A program made the translations under genes and the position numbers. This document shows positions 62,103 to 64,000 of a stretch of DNA of 64,000 bases, piece by piece. Origin of the DNA: Coniocarpon cinnabarinum (taxonomy: Eukaryota); contig JAVECO010000035.1 in the NCBI GenBank assembly GCA_051942205.1, forward strand, positions 1 through 64,000, given 5' to 3'. The notes under the pieces are model-generated. The model did no database searches, was not told the DNA's origin, and saw nothing but the letters and a program-made list of their open reading frames with translations. The stretch's first letter is position 1. Every line of letters starts with the position of its first letter.

Positions 62103-62490
62103 CAATCACATCCTTAAAAAGTCAGCAGAATCCCTCGACTGGAGAGTCACATGCATCTAAAGTTAATTGAAAGTTATAAGTGATGACCGATACGACTTTT
62201 TATCGCAACACTAGACCGATCTCAATTCCCATAACAAAGAAATGGGCGCGAACATTGCGCAGGGTTGATTTGCGTTATCGAATTAGTATAGTCGCGTGTG
62301 AGCATTGCTGAAGATCGCGAGAGGCCTGTCAATGAGATGAGCCACGAGACACGAGAAGACCAAGGGAAGCCTGAAAGCCTCGGGTCTCTCCGGAAGCCAC
62401 TGTCTTCAGTGAAAATATCCACTTCCAACAACGTACACACATCCTATCGTACGTTCATTAACCAACACATTTCAGCAAGAAAAGAAAGAC

Positions 62491-63832
62491 CTAAAGCCAC
62501 TCAGTGCCCCTCCGTGGCATCATCTCCCACTCATCCGTTCCCTGCCTTCCATACCCACCCACACCGACACTCGGTCGAAAGTCCACGACCTCAAGGCCCA
62601 AATCATCCACCGAGTCCTGCCGCGACTTCAAAAAAGTTCCCTTATGCAAGACACCCATCCCCGGACGGTTTCGGGCACGACTGGATGCATCACTCGTGTC
62701 AACATGGTACGGACGCGTTGAACGCTCCTTGCGGGCTGTATGCAACGTCTTGATGCCGCCGACGATGACGGGCAGACTGGCGCAGAGGATGCCGGTGCTT
62801 TGTTCGGCGCTGGCCCAGACGGCGAGGGGGGCGTTTGCCCAGGAGACGTCGGCGCTGGAGAGGGCTTCGTCGATGATGACGGTTTTGACGAGGCCGAAGG
62901 CGCAGGCGCTGCAGAGGTGTGAGTTGGAAACAACGGAATGCAGGTCTGGCGAGGCTGTTGATTCGGGGGCAGAAGAGGATAGTCGAACTCACAGGAAGCC
63001 GAGAGAAAGTAGGCCGCAGAGTTCGATCTTGCGGCGGCGGTTCATTTGGAGTTTGAGGATTGCGACAAAGGGCAAGGCCCAGATTGTCACATCTGCGAGG
63101 ACGCTGAAGCTCGCTAGGTAGGTGGCGTACTTTGACTGACCCCGCAATGTGAGCGGAATTCAAGGCTCAGGAATGGTAAGGGTAGGCACTTACGTCGATG
63201 CAGGTTCCGGAGATGTGACGGTTATGAGGTGGGGGTATGTGAGTTAGCAGATACATCCGCTCCCATGCGTACGAGACTGGCGTGCACTGGAATATTGCTG
63301 CCAACACGGATGGTATGACGAGCGCAATGGCGAATGCGAGCGCAGCATACCAGCCAATGCGGAACCATTGAGCGATCCAGAAGAGGCGTCGATATAGCCA
63401 GAGTAGTGACATCTTGACACAGAAGAGGCATAGGTAGATGCAGATACTGTTGACGAACCCGACAATCCACAGAGCGATGAAAGAGTGAGGCGGACGCGGG
63501 TCGGACGCCATGACCCGATCGATATGCAGACCAAGTCCCTTGGTCATGCCTGTGCATGTATGCGTGAGATTCAGAAACGGAGAACGTTGACGGCGCATCT
63601 ATTTACCTATCATATCCGTGATGATGAGTCCAAGGTTGAGAATGTATGCAAGGACAATGAAGAAGTCATCCCAGTAGAGCCGCCGATGAGCGACTATCTG
63701 CAGCCCTAACCGGACAACGACAGTGAGTGTGGTCACTGCAATGAAAATGATACAGGCAGCGTAGAGGCCGGGACGTCGATCTTGGTTCCAGTCCGGGGGT
63801 AGGCCAGCTCCATGGGACATGTGTGCAGACAT
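62491..63832 (-). CDS. PTH11-like (fungal rhodopsin-domain) integral membrane protein without CFEM (multi-exon)
   Basis: VVVRL...RRLYWDDFFIVLA, GLGLHI, VKMSLLWLYRRLF, IFQCTPVSYAW, DVTIWALP..ILKLQMNRRRKI and WASAEQSTGILCASLP. Confidence 0.88.
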
Positions 63833-64000
63833 TCGGGAGGGTGCTTGTTCCGGACAAACGTATGGTCAAGGCACAGTCAGGCGAGTAGACAGTAAGCTCA
63901 ACCGTGCAGGATGCATGAGGAAAATCGTCATGCTTATATCGTGCTCTAGTGCTCAAACAACGAGCGGCCCACAGGACATCCAGATGCTTCATCATTGTAA

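Noticed and set aside
58046..63832. Secondary-metabolite cluster (methyltransferase + MFS + membrane protein)
   Set aside because: No PKS, NRPS or terpene backbone gene in the window; these genes are individually common.
1..64000. tRNA, rRNA or autonomous transposon genes
   Set aside because: No cloverleaf, rRNA-like or transposase/RT motifs recognised by eye; tRNAscan-SE and Rfam searches would be needed to exclude small RNAs.

Overview
Gene-dense fungal (filamentous ascomycete, Pezizomycotina-type) chromosomal DNA with short spliceosomal introns (about 50-65 nt) and about 25 protein-coding loci. Housekeeping genes include 3-hydroxyisobutyrate dehydrogenase, an importin-9/Kap114-like karyopherin, REV7, CHMP7/Snf7-family, Bud6/Aip3, Pbp1/ataxin-2, peroxisomal acyl-CoA oxidase, PSF2, TRS85, CCA-adding enzyme, RNase H2 subunit C, a CFA-synthase-like methyltransferase and an MFS transporter. 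They are interrupted by accessory stretches. The most notable is an ~11 kb island (29.8-41.1 kb) holding a 233-bp TIR element with a 5-bp TSD, a carboxylesterase, a membrane-protein pseudogene and a head-to-head gene pair. The pair is a ~1454-aa CHAT (caspase-like) protease / P-loop NTPase / helical-repeat NLR-like gene and a 317-aa gasdermin-like gene, a probable protease-activated cell-death (immune or allorecognition) module. A second oddity is the CCA-adding enzyme reading in frame into a Tti2-like domain. All family calls come from motifs recognised by eye, not database searches, and exon boundaries are manual predictions.
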